The notes below the pieces were generated by a model. That model saw nothing but the letters and a program-made list of their open reading frames with translations. It had not been told where the DNA came from and did no database searches. The position numbers were made by a program, and so were the translations under genes. This document shows, piece by piece, positions 63,075 to 64,000 of a stretch of DNA of 64,000 bases. Location of the stretch: the NCBI RefSeq assembly GCF_018350175.1, contig NC_058368.1, positions 154,382,001 through 154,446,000 of the forward strand, read 5' to 3'. The stretch is from Felis catus. Its lineage: Eukaryota. Positions within the stretch are counted from its first letter, which is position 1. Every line of letters starts with the position of its first letter.

Positions 63075-64000
63075 ATATGTTCTTTCAGGACAAGGATGTC
63101 CACTTTCACCACTTTTATTTAACACAGCACTGGAAGTTGTAGCCACAGGAATCAGACAAGAAAAAGAAGTAAATGTCATCCATACTGGTAAGGAAGAAGT
63201 TAAATTGTCACTATTTGCAGATGTTATAATACCATACATAGAAAACCCTGAAGACCCACCAAAAAGCAATAAATGAATTGTTAATTACAGGATGCAAAAA
63301 TAATACCCTCCAAATCACGTGTTTCTATATACTAAACAAAAAAAGCACAAGGAGACATTAAGAAAACAATTACATATTCAGTTGCAGCAAAAATAATAAA
63401 ATAGGCATAAACTTAACCAAGGAAGTGAAAGACCTGTACCATGAAAATCATAAAATGTAGACAAAAGAAATTGAATACAACAAAAATAAATAGAAAGATA
63501 TTCCATGCTCATGGATTGAAAGAATACTTTCAAATTATTTAGACTGTCCAAAGCAATTTACAGATTTAATGCTAGTCCTGTCAAAATACTGACCTCATTT
63601 TTCACAGAAGTAAAATAATATTAAAATTTGTATGGAACCACAAAAGACCCAAAACAACCAAAACTATCTTGAGAAAGAACAAAGCTAGACTTAACAATTC
63701 CAAATTTCAAGATATAATACAAAGCTATAATAATCAAAATAGTATGGTACTGGCACAAAAATAGGCAAATAGAACAATGGAAAAGAATGGATAGTCCACC
63801 ACGCTTACACGGTCAATTAGTTTATGACAAAGGATGCAAGAATTTAAAACGAAGAAGAGACAGTGTCTTCAATAAATGGTGCTGGGAAACCTGGATAGCT
63901 ACATGCAAAAGAATGAAACTGGACCACTTTCTTACATACACAAAGTCTTTCATACACAAAAATAAGCTCAAAATGGATTAAAAATCTAAATGTGAGACCT
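63075..64000 (+). mobile_element. L1 ORF2 (RT and downstream) fragment running off the window
   Basis: GACAAGGATGTCCACTTTCACCACTTTTATTTAAC...TCACTATTTGCAGATG; peptide [26 protein letters not shown]. Confidence 0.92.

Overview
AT-rich, repeat-dense mammalian genomic DNA, almost certainly from a felid (cat lineage): it carries about 26 carnivore tRNA-derived Can-SINEs, including one near-pristine copy with the diagnostic SINEC_Fc head, plus a young felid-type L1 3' end. About 40% of the window is L1. There are three long decayed L1s (about 0.9-6.6 kb on -, 10.0-18.2 kb on +, 19.8-25.1 kb on +) and several fragments, along with old L2/MIR pieces and hAT DNA-transposon fossils (MER5A, MER3 x2, MER20). 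The only recognisable gene-derived sequence is a processed RPS13 pseudogene (57.85-58.38 kb, -). I could not recognise any intact protein-coding exon, RNA gene or CpG island, so the window reads as intergenic or deep-intronic. Nearly all ORFs in the supplied track are repeat-derived or chance. I found no convincing novel biological system. The best leads are repeat-free islands with splice-like and enhancer-like signals (6.6-9.3 kb and 42.3-46.4 kb), a SINE with an internal tandem array of splice-donor motifs, a very young SINE, and several unusual insertion or repair scars. Repeat family names come from recalled consensus sequences, not from a search, and boundaries are approximate unless a target-site duplication (TSD) is quoted.
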